A stretch of 64,000 nt of DNA, taken from the NCBI GenBank assembly GCA_016207165.1, contig JACQQD010000003.1, positions 47,343 through 111,342 of the forward strand, in the 5' to 3' direction. Position 1 is the first letter of the stretch. Each line of letters starts with the position of its first letter. The translations under genes and the position numbers were made by a program. The stretch is from Candidatus Micrarchaeota archaeon (lineage in GTDB: Archaea; Micrarchaeota; Micrarchaeia; Norongarragalinales; Norongarragalinaceae). Of this stretch, positions 1 through 9,591 are shown piece after piece. Under the pieces are notes generated by a model that saw nothing but the letters and a program-made list of their open reading frames with translations, was not told the origin of the DNA and did not search any database.

Positions 1-1
1 G

Positions 2-103
2 GCGTTGGCCATCCAAAAACTCGTCGAATCCAAGGCTCCGGCAAAAACCAAGGCCGAGGAAAAACCCGCCGAAGCGGCTTCCGCTTCGGAAGAGAAAAAA
101 TGA
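2..103 (+). CDS. 3' end of probable ribosomal protein P0/uL10 (partial)
   Basis: Open frame ALAIQKLVESKAPAKTKAEEKPAEAASASEEKK* directly upstream of rpl12, the usual archaeal gene order. Confidence 0.6.
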   Translation, partial: ALAIQKLVESKAPAKTKAEEKPAEAASASEEKK

Positions 104-109
104 AGGTGA

Positions 110-412
110 ATGATCATGAAAGACGTATACGCCGCTCTGTTGCTGCACAAAGCCGGGCAACCCATCAACGAAGAAAACGTGAACAAAGTGTTGATGGCCG
201 CCGGCGTGCAGGAAGACGCAACCAAGATTAAGGCGTTGTGCGTGGCCCTGGACGGCGTCAACATTGACGACGCCGTTTCGAAGGCCGCGGTCGTTGCCGC
301 CGCTCCAAGCGTTGGAGCCGCGGGCGCCGCCGCTGAAGAAAAGAAGGAAGAGGAAAGCGCGGAGAAAAAGGAAGAGGAAGCCGCCGCCGGCTTGGCGTCG
401 CTCTTCGGCTAA
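110..412 (+). CDS. rpl12: 50S ribosomal stalk protein P1/L12 (archaeal)
   Basis: YAALLLH N-terminal motif, Ala-rich hinge, acidic tail ending GLASLFG; AAGGTGA SD upstream (start 110 or 116). Confidence 0.95.
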   Translation: MIMKDVYAALLLHKAGQPINEENVNKVLMAAGVQEDATKIKALCVALDGVNIDDAVSKAAVVAAAPSVGAAGAAAEEKKEEESAEKKEEEAAAGLASLFG

Positions 413-429
413 ACGTTCTCCCCGTTACC

Positions 430-445
430 TTTTTTTTTCTTTTTT
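430..445 (+). terminator. Oligo-T archaeal terminator after rpl12
   Basis: Long T tract shortly after the stop codon. Confidence 0.55.
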
Positions 446-496
446 CGCACAACCCGGTCCACAGGCTAGCTATAGCGCAAGCCGCACTCTTTTTTT

Positions 497-1051
497 TTAA
501 TCCGAGGAAGCGTACGACTTCAGCCACGTCAAGACTTGCGTCCGGGCGAATTGTTCCGATGCTTGCCACGCTTCGCGCTTGGGGGCCGAAAGTGCCTCAT
601 GGCCTCCCACGGGAAAATGCTTGACGGAACCAAAGAAGTCCTTGAGAAACAAGCGGAGTTGCCGGTAGTCCTCAGGACTCAATGGCACGACGGCGTGCTT
701 TGTTGAAAGCGTGTCACCAAAAACCCCGGCAACCCCGGGCTTGGCAACGAGCTTTCTTTCCGTGTAATGGGACTTGGGCTGAACGTGAGACCCCAGAATC
801 CACGACGTGGAATTCCATTCAAAGGGATGCAAGGTGAGTTGGACGTGCACTTGCGGGTTTCGGGCGTGGGCTTGGCATGCAAAGTGGGCGACAAAACGTC
901 CACCGGAACCCAGGCGGCCTTGAAACGTCCAATTCACCACGCGGTCGTCGTCGCCTTTCGTGTCAAAAAGAGAAGCCGTGTTGCCGTGAAAGACTTCCGC
1001 GTTTCCCGGAGTCTCTATCTTCCGCAGTTCACGGAGGAACTCGGAAAGCAT
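497..1051 (-). CDS. Hypothetical orphan protein
   Basis: 184-aa ORF filling the gap between genes; no motif recognised. Confidence 0.6.
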   Translation of the reverse strand: MLSEFLRELRKIETPGNAEVFHGNTASLFDTKGDDDRVVNWTFQGRLGSGGRFVAHFACQAHARNPQVHVQLTLHPFEWNSTSWILGSHVQPKSHYTERKLVAKPGVAGVFGDTLSTKHAVVPLSPEDYRQLRLFLKDFFGSVKHFPVGGHEALSAPKREAWQASEQFARTQVLTWLKSYASSD

Positions 1052-1066
1052 ATCCGGCTTCGCGCC

Positions 1067-1486
1067 TCAACCGGCTTGTTGGTTGGTGGCCGACGGGCTC
1101 TGCAAATGGGGTTGGAAGACTTTGATGGGCGCGGAAATGTTGATGGCGTAACCCAACAGGGTGCCGACCGAGGACGCCGTGTACTCCAAGGAGCCCAGCA
1201 ACCGTTCGGCCACGTCCTTGGGCAAGGCTTTCTGTTTTTTGAAGTGGTCCACCACGTTTTTGCGCTCGGCTTTGGGCCCTTCCAGCCACGCCTCGCCGAT
1301 GACTTTCATTTCCGCCACATCCTTGGCGTAGTGGATGGTGTACTCGTAATCCACCACAACGTCCTCGCCACGCTCGGATACATCCAAGACGTCGATGTTG
1401 ACGTTGAGGCCCTCGAACTTGGCGTCGGTTTTCATGCGTTTGGCGGCGACCGAGACGATGCGGCCCCCGCGAACTTTAACGGCCAT
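1067..1486 (-). CDS. Conserved archaeal hypothetical protein
   Basis: 139 aa, host-like codon usage, GAGGTG SD upstream. Confidence 0.75.
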   Translation of the reverse strand: MAVKVRGGRIVSVAAKRMKTDAKFEGLNVNIDVLDVSERGEDVVVDYEYTIHYAKDVAEMKVIGEAWLEGPKAERKNVVDHFKKQKALPKDVAERLLGSLEYTASSVGTLLGYAINISAPIKVFQPHLQSPSATNQQAG

Positions 1487-1505
1487 AATACAAAGACACC
1501 TCGGG

Positions 1506-2180
1506 TTAGATTTCCAGGCTTTCTCCAGGCTGCATGACGTGAGGCAACGTCTTGGTTTGCTTCACGCGGCTTGCAAAATCCTTGGCGTCCGCCTGGATGT
1601 TGTCAAACGTATTGTAGTGCATGGGCACCACGTGTTTTAAACGCATGCGCTTGACGGCCGTGATGGCCGCCAAGACGTCCATGGTGTACGTGCCCCCAAT
1701 GGGAACGAGGCCCACGTCGGCGGACACGCGGGACAAGTCGAAAAAGTCGTAGGTATCTCCCGAGTGGTACACGGACTGGCCTCCAACGGTGACGATGTAA
1801 CCCACGGCATGCACGCTTTGAGGATGCTTAGCCGCCACCACCTGCACGTCCATGCCTTGAATGGTGAACCGCTCGCCTTCGGAGACGGCCATCTTCAGCC
1901 GCTCCGGCACGTTCAACCCCTCCAACGTCTCCAGGGGAGCGATGATCTGACACATGTTGCGCGTGACGACTTGCTCCAACGTCGCGGGGTCGCGGTGGTC
2001 GAAGTGCTCATGCGAGACGAAGACGGCGTCCACATCGCGGAACTGGGAGGCCGACGCGGCCGGCGGCACGCGCCGCGGCGTCTTGGAGTTGGAGTCCTTG
2101 GACAGCCAAGGGTCAAACAACACGTGCTTGCCGCCGATTCTTACGGAAAAGCCGGAATGCCCCAAGTACAACAGTTCCAT
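1506..2180 (-). CDS. Metallo-beta-lactamase-fold hydrolase (UPF0173/UlaG-like)
   Basis: YLGHSG, SHEHFDH, HSGDT, PIGGTYTM, PMHYNTF motifs. Confidence 0.9.
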   Translation of the reverse strand: MELLYLGHSGFSVRIGGKHVLFDPWLSKDSNSKTPRRVPPAASASQFRDVDAVFVSHEHFDHRDPATLEQVVTRNMCQIIAPLETLEGLNVPERLKMAVSEGERFTIQGMDVQVVAAKHPQSVHAVGYIVTVGGQSVYHSGDTYDFFDLSRVSADVGLVPIGGTYTMDVLAAITAVKRMRLKHVVPMHYNTFDNIQADAKDFASRVKQTKTLPHVMQPGESLEI

Positions 2181-2233
2181 CAACGGAAAATGAAAGGGTC
2201 GGCTTTTATAGATTCGGTTCATTTAAGCCGATT

Positions 2234-3061
2234 ATGCGCTTTGGTCCAGCAGGCGTACCCATTCGATCCAATCAACGGTCCAGTTTGGCGGGGGTGCAAG
2301 TCACCGCGGACTTGGGTTTGGACGCCATGGAACTGGAGTTCGTGCATGGCTGCCGCATGAACGACGAATCCGCGAAAGCCGTGGGCGCCATGGCCAAGGA
2401 AAAAGGCGTTTCGTTGTCTTGCCACGCCTCCTATTACCTGAACCTGTTGTCTCCCGAAAAAAACAAACTTGAAAAAACCCTGCACGAACTCACGCGGACC
2501 GCCGAAGTCTTGGCCCTGGCCGGCGGAAAACGCATCGTGTTTCATTCGGGATTCTACTTGGGCATGAACCCCGCCAAAGCGTATGCGGCCATGAAGAAAC
2601 AGTACGAGGCCCTTGCCAAAACCATTTCAAAAAACGATTGGAACGCGGTTTTGGCCCCGGAAGTGACTGGAAAAAAAAGCCAGTTTGGCTCCTTGGAAGA
2701 AGTATACGGTTTGGCGGCCGACATCGGCTACGACAAAATCCAGCCTTGCATCGACTGGGGGCACGTTCACGCCCGCGACAACGGCGCCTTGAATCAACCC
2801 GAAGAGTTCGAAAAAGTGCTGGAAACCGTGGAAAAATTCGTCGGCAAAGAGGGACTCAAGACCCTGCACTGCCACATCGAGGGCATCCGGTTCACGGAGA
2901 AAGGCGAGAGAAACCATTTGCGCATCACGGAGGGCCCCCCGGACTACAAGCAAATCATCCGGGCACTCAAAACGTTCAAGTGCGATGGCACCTTGATTTG
3001 CGAGAGCCCGGCCATGGAAGACGATGCCTTACTCCTCCAAAAAGCGTGGAAAACGGCCTAA
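2234..3061 (+). CDS. nfo: Endonuclease IV-like AP endonuclease (TIM barrel)
   Basis: FGPAG, HASYYLNL, VFHSG, PEVTGKKSQFGS, CIDWGH, ICESP motifs. Confidence 0.85.
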   Translation: MRFGPAGVPIRSNQRSSLAGVQVTADLGLDAMELEFVHGCRMNDESAKAVGAMAKEKGVSLSCHASYYLNLLSPEKNKLEKTLHELTRTAEVLALAGGKRIVFHSGFYLGMNPAKAYAAMKKQYEALAKTISKNDWNAVLAPEVTGKKSQFGSLEEVYGLAADIGYDKIQPCIDWGHVHARDNGALNQPEEFEKVLETVEKFVGKEGLKTLHCHIEGIRFTEKGERNHLRITEGPPDYKQIIRALKTFKCDGTLICESPAMEDDALLLQKAWKTA

Positions 3062-3360
3062 AAGGGGATTGGGTCCGCCAGCAAGACCTCGTGACGCAGG
3101 TGCGGGCGCACGCCGTCAAGGATTCGTTGATACTGTTCGCGCAAACCATTCGGCGGAAGCCTTGCGGAAAGCACCACGGCGTGCGGCCCGCCGGCAAACA
3201 CGCGCACCAGGGGCGCGCCATGCACCCAAGGCACCAGAACAGATTCAAACCGTTTCTTCCATGCTTTAACCTGGGAAAAAGACAGCAAGGACTTCTCGTC
3301 GGGATTTTCTCCCGTGCGCGCGGGAACCGTCAAGTTCACGCGGGCAAACGGTTCAGCCAA
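3058..3360 (-). CDS. Hypothetical orphan protein
   Basis: 100-aa ORF overlapping the end of the upstream orphan. Confidence 0.5.
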   Translation of the reverse strand: MAEPFARVNLTVPARTGENPDEKSLLSFSQVKAWKKRFESVLVPWVHGAPLVRVFAGGPHAVVLSARLPPNGLREQYQRILDGVRPHLRHEVLLADPIPF

Positions 3361-3875
3361 AGTGGACCCTGGAAAACCATCCGAAGCGGGTACCCCAGAC
3401 CCAACAAAAATTTCTTTGCCTTTCTTCCCTCGTAAATCTCCTTGCTGATTTGCACGGACTCCGACAACGCCTTCAATTCCTTTTCAAGAAGCGCCACCGA
3501 GGGCTCCGGAAGCATGGGGGGAAGCGTATCGGGGTGCCGGGGCAACGCAATGGAAGGCTTGGAAAACACCACCAAAAGCCGGTTGCCCAAAGACCGGTAC
3601 GTCCAATCGGCTTCGGGTCGGATGCGAAGCCACTGCAAGTCAGCGTACAGGTTCCTCCAGTCCTGCCGGAACTTCGGCGCCAGTGTGGAGGAACCGATGA
3701 CCGCGCTGGCTTGCGCGCGCAAAAAAGCCCTCACCAAAGGCCCTGCCAAATCCGGGGAATGCTCAAACAAACCGTTTCGGTTGGGCAATTCAACAGCCCA
3801 ATACGAACGAGGGCCCTGCGTGGAAGGAGGCAACTTGAAATGGTGAAGCGTCAGGCGGCGCGCGGTAGAACCCAT
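3336..3875 (-). CDS. Hypothetical orphan protein (basic)
   Basis: ORF from MGSTARRL; TTTAT box upstream; no motif. Confidence 0.55.
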   Translation of the reverse strand: MGSTARRLTLHHFKLPPSTQGPRSYWAVELPNRNGLFEHSPDLAGPLVRAFLRAQASAVIGSSTLAPKFRQDWRNLYADLQWLRIRPEADWTYRSLGNRLLVVFSKPSIALPRHPDTLPPMLPEPSVALLEKELKALSESVQISKEIYEGRKAKKFLLGLGYPLRMVFQGPLWLNRLPA

Positions 3876-3964
3876 CCAACCGGAGTATAACGCAACCCAT
3901 AAAAAGCGTTTTCCGCCTCTGTTTGAAGGAACAGAACCATCAGAACCAAGCGCGTGTATTTTAC

Positions 3965-4693
3965 GTGGCCAAAAAAGAATTCTCTTCATTGTACGTGGGG
4001 TTGGGCGCCTTGGCGGTGCTTCTCGTCGTGGGCGTCGCCTACGTCGCGTTTTTGCAACCCGTTTTAAGCCAACCCACGCCGACGCCCAGCGCACCCGTCA
4101 TCACTTCGAACAACGCCAACCCCTCCATCCCAGCCCAAGCGGTTCTCACCGGCAAGCCCAGCTGTTCCACCAACGCCAGCACGCCCGTGCTGTTGTTTCA
4201 CGACCCGTACTGCCCCGCGTGCGCGGCCAACGAACCCATCCTCAACGCCTTCTACAAGAAGTACGCCGGTTCCGCGGACATCCAGTACCGCTTCGTGGCC
4301 ACGCATTCCAGGCAAATGGCCCAGCAATTCGGCATCAACGAAACGTTCATCGCCCACGACTACCACGTGTGCGCGCAGGACCAAGGCCGACTCCAGGAAT
4401 TCAAGGCCTGCTTTTACCGCACGCTTGAAATCCAGGACGGCCAGTACCTGCCCATGAACGACTCCACGCTTCGCGACTGCGCCGTGGTTCAAAGCGGGTT
4501 AGACCAAGCGCAACTGGACGCGTGCTTGCAGACGGCGCGGGCCCGCATCGACGAACAACTGCTGGAGGCCGCGGACTTTGGCGGCGGCACGTATTTTACG
4601 CCCATGGCCGTCGTGGGATGCGAGTACCGCGTGAACTCGGCGCTGGTGGAAGAAACGTATTGCGCGGTTTCAGGCGCCTGCCCAACCGCTTAA
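3965..4693 (+). CDS. Membrane-anchored thioredoxin-fold (DsbA-like) protein
   Basis: N-terminal TM helix, PT linker, DPYCPAC, FTP cis-Pro loop. Confidence 0.75.
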   Translation: MAKKEFSSLYVGLGALAVLLVVGVAYVAFLQPVLSQPTPTPSAPVITSNNANPSIPAQAVLTGKPSCSTNASTPVLLFHDPYCPACAANEPILNAFYKKYAGSADIQYRFVATHSRQMAQQFGINETFIAHDYHVCAQDQGRLQEFKACFYRTLEIQDGQYLPMNDSTLRDCAVVQSGLDQAQLDACLQTARARIDEQLLEAADFGGGTYFTPMAVVGCEYRVNSALVEETYCAVSGACPTA

Positions 4694-4721
4694 AAGCATC
4701 CAAAGCGTGGTATTTCGACAT

Positions 4722-6179
4722 ATGCTTCGAAGCATTCAGCCCAAGCAGGACTGGAACCAACGCGTGCTGCGCGTACTGAAGGAAGCCCCCAAACTCAAGA
4801 AGCTCCGCGTCTTGGCGGGGTTTAACGCGGTCACAGACTACATCAAGTTCGTGGATTCCAAAACCGTGCTGAAAGCCTTCAGCGGATTGGATGAAGCGGA
4901 ACGCAAAAAAGCGCTGGACAAAAGCCAATCCGACGCCAACCACCTAACCCACCCCAGAGACTTTTTGGCGCAGCTTTTCCGGTGCATGCGCATCGGCAAA
5001 GCGGGTTTAGTCGTCGCGTCCCCGGAAGTGCTCAAGTGGCTGGACGACGCCTTTGGCGCGCCGGACGAAAAGCGCTTGGGGGGACAAGCCGCCCTGATGG
5101 CCGCCCAACTCTCGGAATTGGGAGCCCGCGCCTGCATCTACCCCGCCAACCTGTCCGTGGACCAAGCCAAACTGATTCCCGACGACGTCTGCGTGCCGGT
5201 GGCCGACAAAAAGAAACTCAAGCTCGCAAAGCCCCTGAAAGCCGCCCGACCCGAAGACCCCACCCAAACCAGTTGGATTTTTGAATTCACCCACGGCCAA
5301 GTCCTGGAACTGCCTGGCGAACGCATCGAGTGCCCACGGCAGAACCGCCTCATCGTCGCCTACCCCTCCAACTACACCGCCGCCTTCAAGAAAGACATGG
5401 AACCCGCGCTGCCCAAGCTCGCCAAGCAAATCGACGTACTGCTCGTGTCCGGCTACCATGCCCTGGACGCCAAAACCGCGAAAAAGGAGTTGGCCACGAT
5501 AACGGACCAACTCAAAAAGATGCGCAACGCCAACAAGAAAATCCAAGTCCACTACGAATTCGTGCCCTACGAGGATGACGCCGTCGGAAAAGCCGCCCTC
5601 AAGGCGCTCTCCGGCCTCATTGACAGCATGGGCATGAATGAAGTGGAGCTCGTCAACGTCTTGAAGTTGTTGGGATTCAAGAAAAACGCGCAGGACATCG
5701 AAAAACACGAGTGCGCCGAAACGCTCTACGAAGGCGCGGCCGCCGTCCTGGAAAAACTCCGGCTTCAACGCGTCCACGTGCACAGCCTCGGCTACAACGT
5801 TCTGGTCGTATCCAAGAAAGTGGACGCCGACGCGGCGCGCGACGGCGCGCTTTTTGGCTCCGCGGCCGCCACCGTCAAATCCACGACCGGTAAATTGGGC
5901 CAAGCCGAATTTTCCAAGGAGGTCTTCCTCAAAATTTCCGAAACCGGGTACAACCAAATCGGGCAATTCGAGTCCTCCATCTGGGACTCGTGGCAGAAAA
6001 AGAAGCGAAAACCCATTTCCTCTCTTTTAAGAAAACAGTTCATGAGCTCCGGCATCTTCGACGAACAAAAAACGCATACCGCCATCATCGTTCCGGCGCC
6101 AGTGGCTACCGGGTTAAAGACCACCGTGGGATTGGGCGACGTCGTCTCGGCGTGCGCCATTGCCTTCCAAGCCGCCTGA
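4722..6179 (+). CDS. pfkC: ADP-dependent glucokinase/phosphofructokinase
   Basis: RLGGQA, PRQNRLI, SMGMNEVEL, RVHVHSLGY, TTVGLGD motifs. Confidence 0.88.
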   Translation: MLRSIQPKQDWNQRVLRVLKEAPKLKKLRVLAGFNAVTDYIKFVDSKTVLKAFSGLDEAERKKALDKSQSDANHLTHPRDFLAQLFRCMRIGKAGLVVASPEVLKWLDDAFGAPDEKRLGGQAALMAAQLSELGARACIYPANLSVDQAKLIPDDVCVPVADKKKLKLAKPLKAARPEDPTQTSWIFEFTHGQVLELPGERIECPRQNRLIVAYPSNYTAAFKKDMEPALPKLAKQIDVLLVSGYHALDAKTAKKELATITDQLKKMRNANKKIQVHYEFVPYEDDAVGKAALKALSGLIDSMGMNEVELVNVLKLLGFKKNAQDIEKHECAETLYEGAAAVLEKLRLQRVHVHSLGYNVLVVSKKVDADAARDGALFGSAAATVKSTTGKLGQAEFSKEVFLKISETGYNQIGQFESSIWDSWQKKKRKPISSLLRKQFMSSGIFDEQKTHTAIIVPAPVATGLKTTVGLGDVVSACAIAFQAA

Positions 6180-6184
6180 AACCC

Positions 6185-6841
6185 ATGAGCCCCCCGCTTC
6201 CCCGCATCATTGGCGTTGAACATTACCCCTGGAACTTGGACGAAGCAAAAAAAGTCGTTGACGCACTCCCCGGAAGCTCCCGCGTGGGCCTGGAAATGGA
6301 TTTGCCGCCCTTACTCCACGAGGCCTTCCAGAAAAAGTACCCCCGTCTGACTGGATCCGGAATTTACGGCGCCACCGGTTTTTTCAATGAACTGGCGAAG
6401 TACGCGACGAAGCGCGGCCACACCATCGTGTGGCTGGACCACCCGACGCGATCCATGGCAGGCGTACACCCCCTGCTTGAAAAAATGGAGCGGTACCTGG
6501 ACCAACGCGCAAAAAATGGCGAACCCGCCGACATGCTACCGGTCCAAATGATATTCGGTTTTCGGGCGTTGACCCAAAGGCTCGCGCCATTCCGATCCAA
6601 AATCATGGCGCACAAAATACGTCGGACGCCATGGGCGGAAACGGACGTGGCCCTTTTGGGGGGCTTCCACGCCGAAGACGTGGCCGAGGCACTCAATGCA
6701 CGCGTGGAGAAACAGATCGGCGAAACCACGCCTCAACAAGCCCGTAACGCCCGAAACGCATTCGAAGAATTTCGGTCAACGCAGGACGTGCGCCAATGGG
6801 TGGACGATTTCCTAAAGGGGCTCAAACAGCAAGGCACTTGA
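6185..6841 (+). CDS. Hypothetical protein (weak TraB/Tiki-like pattern)
   Basis: IIGVEH...VGLE...GGFHAEDV pattern; weak resemblance only. Confidence 0.55.
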   Translation: MSPPLPRIIGVEHYPWNLDEAKKVVDALPGSSRVGLEMDLPPLLHEAFQKKYPRLTGSGIYGATGFFNELAKYATKRGHTIVWLDHPTRSMAGVHPLLEKMERYLDQRAKNGEPADMLPVQMIFGFRALTQRLAPFRSKIMAHKIRRTPWAETDVALLGGFHAEDVAEALNARVEKQIGETTPQQARNARNAFEEFRSTQDVRQWVDDFLKGLKQQGT

Positions 6842-6898
6842 CGCCACCCCCCGCAAAAACCATTTAAACCCGGCTTGCCACCAAGAACAACGGTTGGA

Positions 6899-6925
6899 AT
6901 GGCCCGGGATTTACTTTGCCGTTGA
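6899..6925 (+). promoter_or_regulatory. Candidate leader uORF MARDLLCR* upstream of the cysteine operon
   Basis: ATG about 30 nt after TTTAAA (6863-6868); contains a TGC codon; overlaps a stem arm. Confidence 0.4.
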
Positions 6926-6964
6926 AAACGTCGTTTTAGCGTCCAGCCCGTTGCTTTTTCAATG

Positions 6965-7028
6965 TCGTTGTCCCTTGAAAGCCCAGCGTTAGCTTGGCCC
7001 CGGAACGCGTTGGGAAGAAGGACAACGA
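6965..7028 (+). promoter_or_regulatory. Long leader stem-loop of the cysteine operon
   Basis: TCGTTGTCC (6965-6973) complements GGACAACGA (7020-7028); inner CCCAGCG pairs with CGTTGGG. Confidence 0.55.
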
Positions 7029-7046
7029 AAAATGAGGGAGAACATC

Positions 7047-7436
7047 ATGATCATGGAAACGCGCCGGCTTTGGGCGCATGAAGAAACAAGGCCCGAACAC
7101 AAGGAACACTTGAAAAAACAGATTGTGGAAAGCCAGACCATCACGCCCATCGTGGTGGACCGGGAGACCTTCGTGGTTTTGGACGGCCACCACCGCCTGC
7201 AAATCGTCCAAGAACTGGGTTTTGGAAAAATACCCGTGCACTGGATGGATTACGGCGACGCGTCCATCGAAGTGAAAGCCTACGACACCGGAACGCCCTT
7301 GGACAAGGCGCACGTGATTGCGCGCGCCAAACAAAAAAGGTTGTACCCGCCGAAAAGCACGCGGCACACGTATCAAGGAAAACACGTGTCCGAGTGGACG
7401 GAAAAACACCCGGTTTCACTATCGGAGTTGAAATGA
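7047..7436 (+). CDS. ParB/Srx-domain protein, SerK/SbnI-like free serine kinase candidate
   Basis: HEE, PIVVD, LDGHHR, PPKSTRH motifs; first gene of the cys operon; alternative start 7032. Confidence 0.7.
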   Translation: MIMETRRLWAHEETRPEHKEHLKKQIVESQTITPIVVDRETFVVLDGHHRLQIVQELGFGKIPVHWMDYGDASIEVKAYDTGTPLDKAHVIARAKQKRLYPPKSTRHTYQGKHVSEWTEKHPVSLSELK

Positions 7437-7439
7437 CGA

Positions 7440-8384
7440 ATGCATGAATCCATCCTGGACGCCGTGGGAAACACGCCTCTGGTCAAACTCAAGAAAATCG
7501 GCAAAAACCTCGGCGCCCGACTCTACGCGAAAGTCGAGTACGTCAACCCCGGCGGATCCGTCAAGGACCGCATGGCCATCCAAATGGTGGCCGACGCCGA
7601 AAAACAAGGGTTGCTGAAAAAAGGCGGCACCCTCGTCGAGCCCACGTCCGGCAACACCGGTGCGGGATTGGCCGTGGTGGCCGCCGTCAAAGGCTACCAC
7701 TGCATTTTCGTTGTACCGGACAAAGTCAGCCCCGAAAAAATCGACTTGCTGAAAGCCTACGGTGCCGAAGTCGTCGTCACGCCCACCAACGTGGAACGCG
7801 AGGACCCCCAAAGCTATTACTCCGTCGCCGACCGCTTGGCCAAAGAAAGAAACGCATTCCAGCCCAACCAGTACTTCAACCCCTCCAACCCCTTGGCGCA
7901 CTACGCGTCCACGGGCCCTGAAATCTGGGAACAAACCAAAGGCAACGTCACGCATTTCGTGGCCGGCATGGGAACCGGAGGCACGATTTCAGGAGTCTCG
8001 AAATTCCTCAAAGAACAAAACCCGAAAATCCAGGTGGTGGGCGCGGACCCGGAAGGCTCCATTTACTCGTCCAAAGACATCCACCAGTACAAAGTCGAAG
8101 GCATTGGCGAAGACTTTTACCCCGGAACCATGGACCTCAAATTGGTGGACCGCATCATTCAGACGCACGACGCGGAAAGCCTGTCCATGACGCGCCGGCT
8201 CGCGCGAGAAGAAGGCATCCTGGTTGGCGGGTCCTCGGGGGCGGCCACCGTGGCGGCCGTGAAACTCGCCGAAGAACTGGAAAAAGACGCGCTGGTCGTC
8301 GTGCTCTTGCCCGATGGCGGACGAGGTTACCTCAGCAAAGTCTTCTCCGACGCGTGGATGGAAAAAAACGGTTTTGAAGTGTGA
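7440..8384 (+). CDS. PLP-dependent cystathionine beta-synthase/cysteine synthase
   Basis: NPGGSVKDR, EPTSGNTG, GMGTGGT, VEGIG; no C-terminal CBS domains. Confidence 0.92.
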   Translation: MHESILDAVGNTPLVKLKKIGKNLGARLYAKVEYVNPGGSVKDRMAIQMVADAEKQGLLKKGGTLVEPTSGNTGAGLAVVAAVKGYHCIFVVPDKVSPEKIDLLKAYGAEVVVTPTNVEREDPQSYYSVADRLAKERNAFQPNQYFNPSNPLAHYASTGPEIWEQTKGNVTHFVAGMGTGGTISGVSKFLKEQNPKIQVVGADPEGSIYSSKDIHQYKVEGIGEDFYPGTMDLKLVDRIIQTHDAESLSMTRRLAREEGILVGGSSGAATVAAVKLAEELEKDALVVVLLPDGGRGYLSKVFSDAWMEKNGFEV

Positions 8385-8448
8385 CCATGCGGTTGAACAC
8401 GAACGTTTTGCTGAAACAAAACGATTCACGAAAAAGGGGTCTGGCGCA

Positions 8449-9591
8449 GTGAAGTTCAACACGAAAGCGGTTCACGCCGGAGAAAAACCGGATTCCGCCA
8501 CCGGGGCCCTGGCAACGCCCATTTATCAGACGAGCACGTACGCCCAGGACGCGCCCAACCAACACAAGGGCTTCGATTACAGCCGGGCGGCCAACCCCAC
8601 CCGGCAAATCCTGGAAAACAATTTGGCGGCCCTGGAAAACGTGGATTACGCCGTGGCATTCTCTTCGGGCTTGGCGGCCACAAGCTCGGTGTTGAACTTG
8701 TTCAAGCAAGGCGACCATGTGGTCGCGTCACAAGACATGTACGGCGGCACGTACCGGTTGTTCAAGCAACTCTACGAAAAATACGGAGTCACCTTTGATT
8801 TCGTTGACGCGACGAACTCGGACGCCCTGCAATCCGCCATCAAACCCAACACCAAACTCGTATGGATTGAAACCCCCTCCAACCCGCTTCTCAAAATTAC
8901 GGACATCAAAGCCGCCGCCGCCATCGCCCACGACGCCAACGCGCGGTTGGCCGTGGACAGCACCTTGGCCACGCCCCACCTACAACAACCCTTTTCCTTG
9001 GGGGCCGACTTGGTCGTGCATTCCACCACGAAGTACCTCAACGGACACGCCGACGTCATCGGCGGCGCGGTATGCGTCAAAGACAAAACCCTCTACGAAC
9101 AGTTGCGCTTCTGGCAGAAGTCCGTGGGATCGGTTCCGGGCCCCCTGGATTGCTATTTGGTGTTGCGCGGAATCAAGACCCTGCCGCTTCGCATGGACCA
9201 GCACTCCAAGAACGCCATGACCGTCGCCCAATTCCTGCAAAGCCATCCCAAAGTCAAGCGCGTCATTTACCCCGGACTTCAAAGCCACCCCCAACACGAA
9301 TTGGCGAAAAAACAGATGACCGCGTTTTCAGGAATGATTGCCGTGGAATTGGACGCCTCCTTTGAAAAAGCCATGGCGTTTGCCTCCAACTTGGAACTGT
9401 TCACCTTGGCCGAGGACTTGGGGGGAGTCAAGAGCCTGACGTGCCACCCGGCGTCCATGACGCACGCCGCCGTCCCAAAACAAGAACGCCTCAAAACGGG
9501 ATTCACCGACGAACTCATCCGCCTGAGCATCGGCATCGAGGACGCCGACGACCTCATCGAAGACCTTGAAAAAGCGCTGGACCCATTGTAG
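8449..9591 (+). CDS. Cystathionine gamma-lyase/synthase family enzyme
   Basis: PIYQTST, YSRAANPT, ETPSNP, HSTTKYLNGH, IRLSIGIE. Confidence 0.92.
   Translation: MKFNTKAVHAGEKPDSATGALATPIYQTSTYAQDAPNQHKGFDYSRAANPTRQILENNLAALENVDYAVAFSSGLAATSSVLNLFKQGDHVVASQDMYGGTYRLFKQLYEKYGVTFDFVDATNSDALQSAIKPNTKLVWIETPSNPLLKITDIKAAAAIAHDANARLAVDSTLATPHLQQPFSLGADLVVHSTTKYLNGHADVIGGAVCVKDKTLYEQLRFWQKSVGSVPGPLDCYLVLRGIKTLPLRMDQHSKNAMTVAQFLQSHPKVKRVIYPGLQSHPQHELAKKQMTAFSGMIAVELDASFEKAMAFASNLELFTLAEDLGGVKSLTCHPASMTHAAVPKQERLKTGFTDELIRLSIGIEDADDLIEDLEKALDPL

Noticed and set aside
6965-7028. Leader hairpin as an archaeal SECIS element (GAA/A-like bulge)
   Set aside because: No in-frame TGA selenoprotein candidate nearby and the geometry fits only loosely
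7047-7436. ParB protein as a partition or DNA-modification defence gene
   Set aside because: No HTH, parA or defence neighbours; motifs and context fit SerK-like kinases
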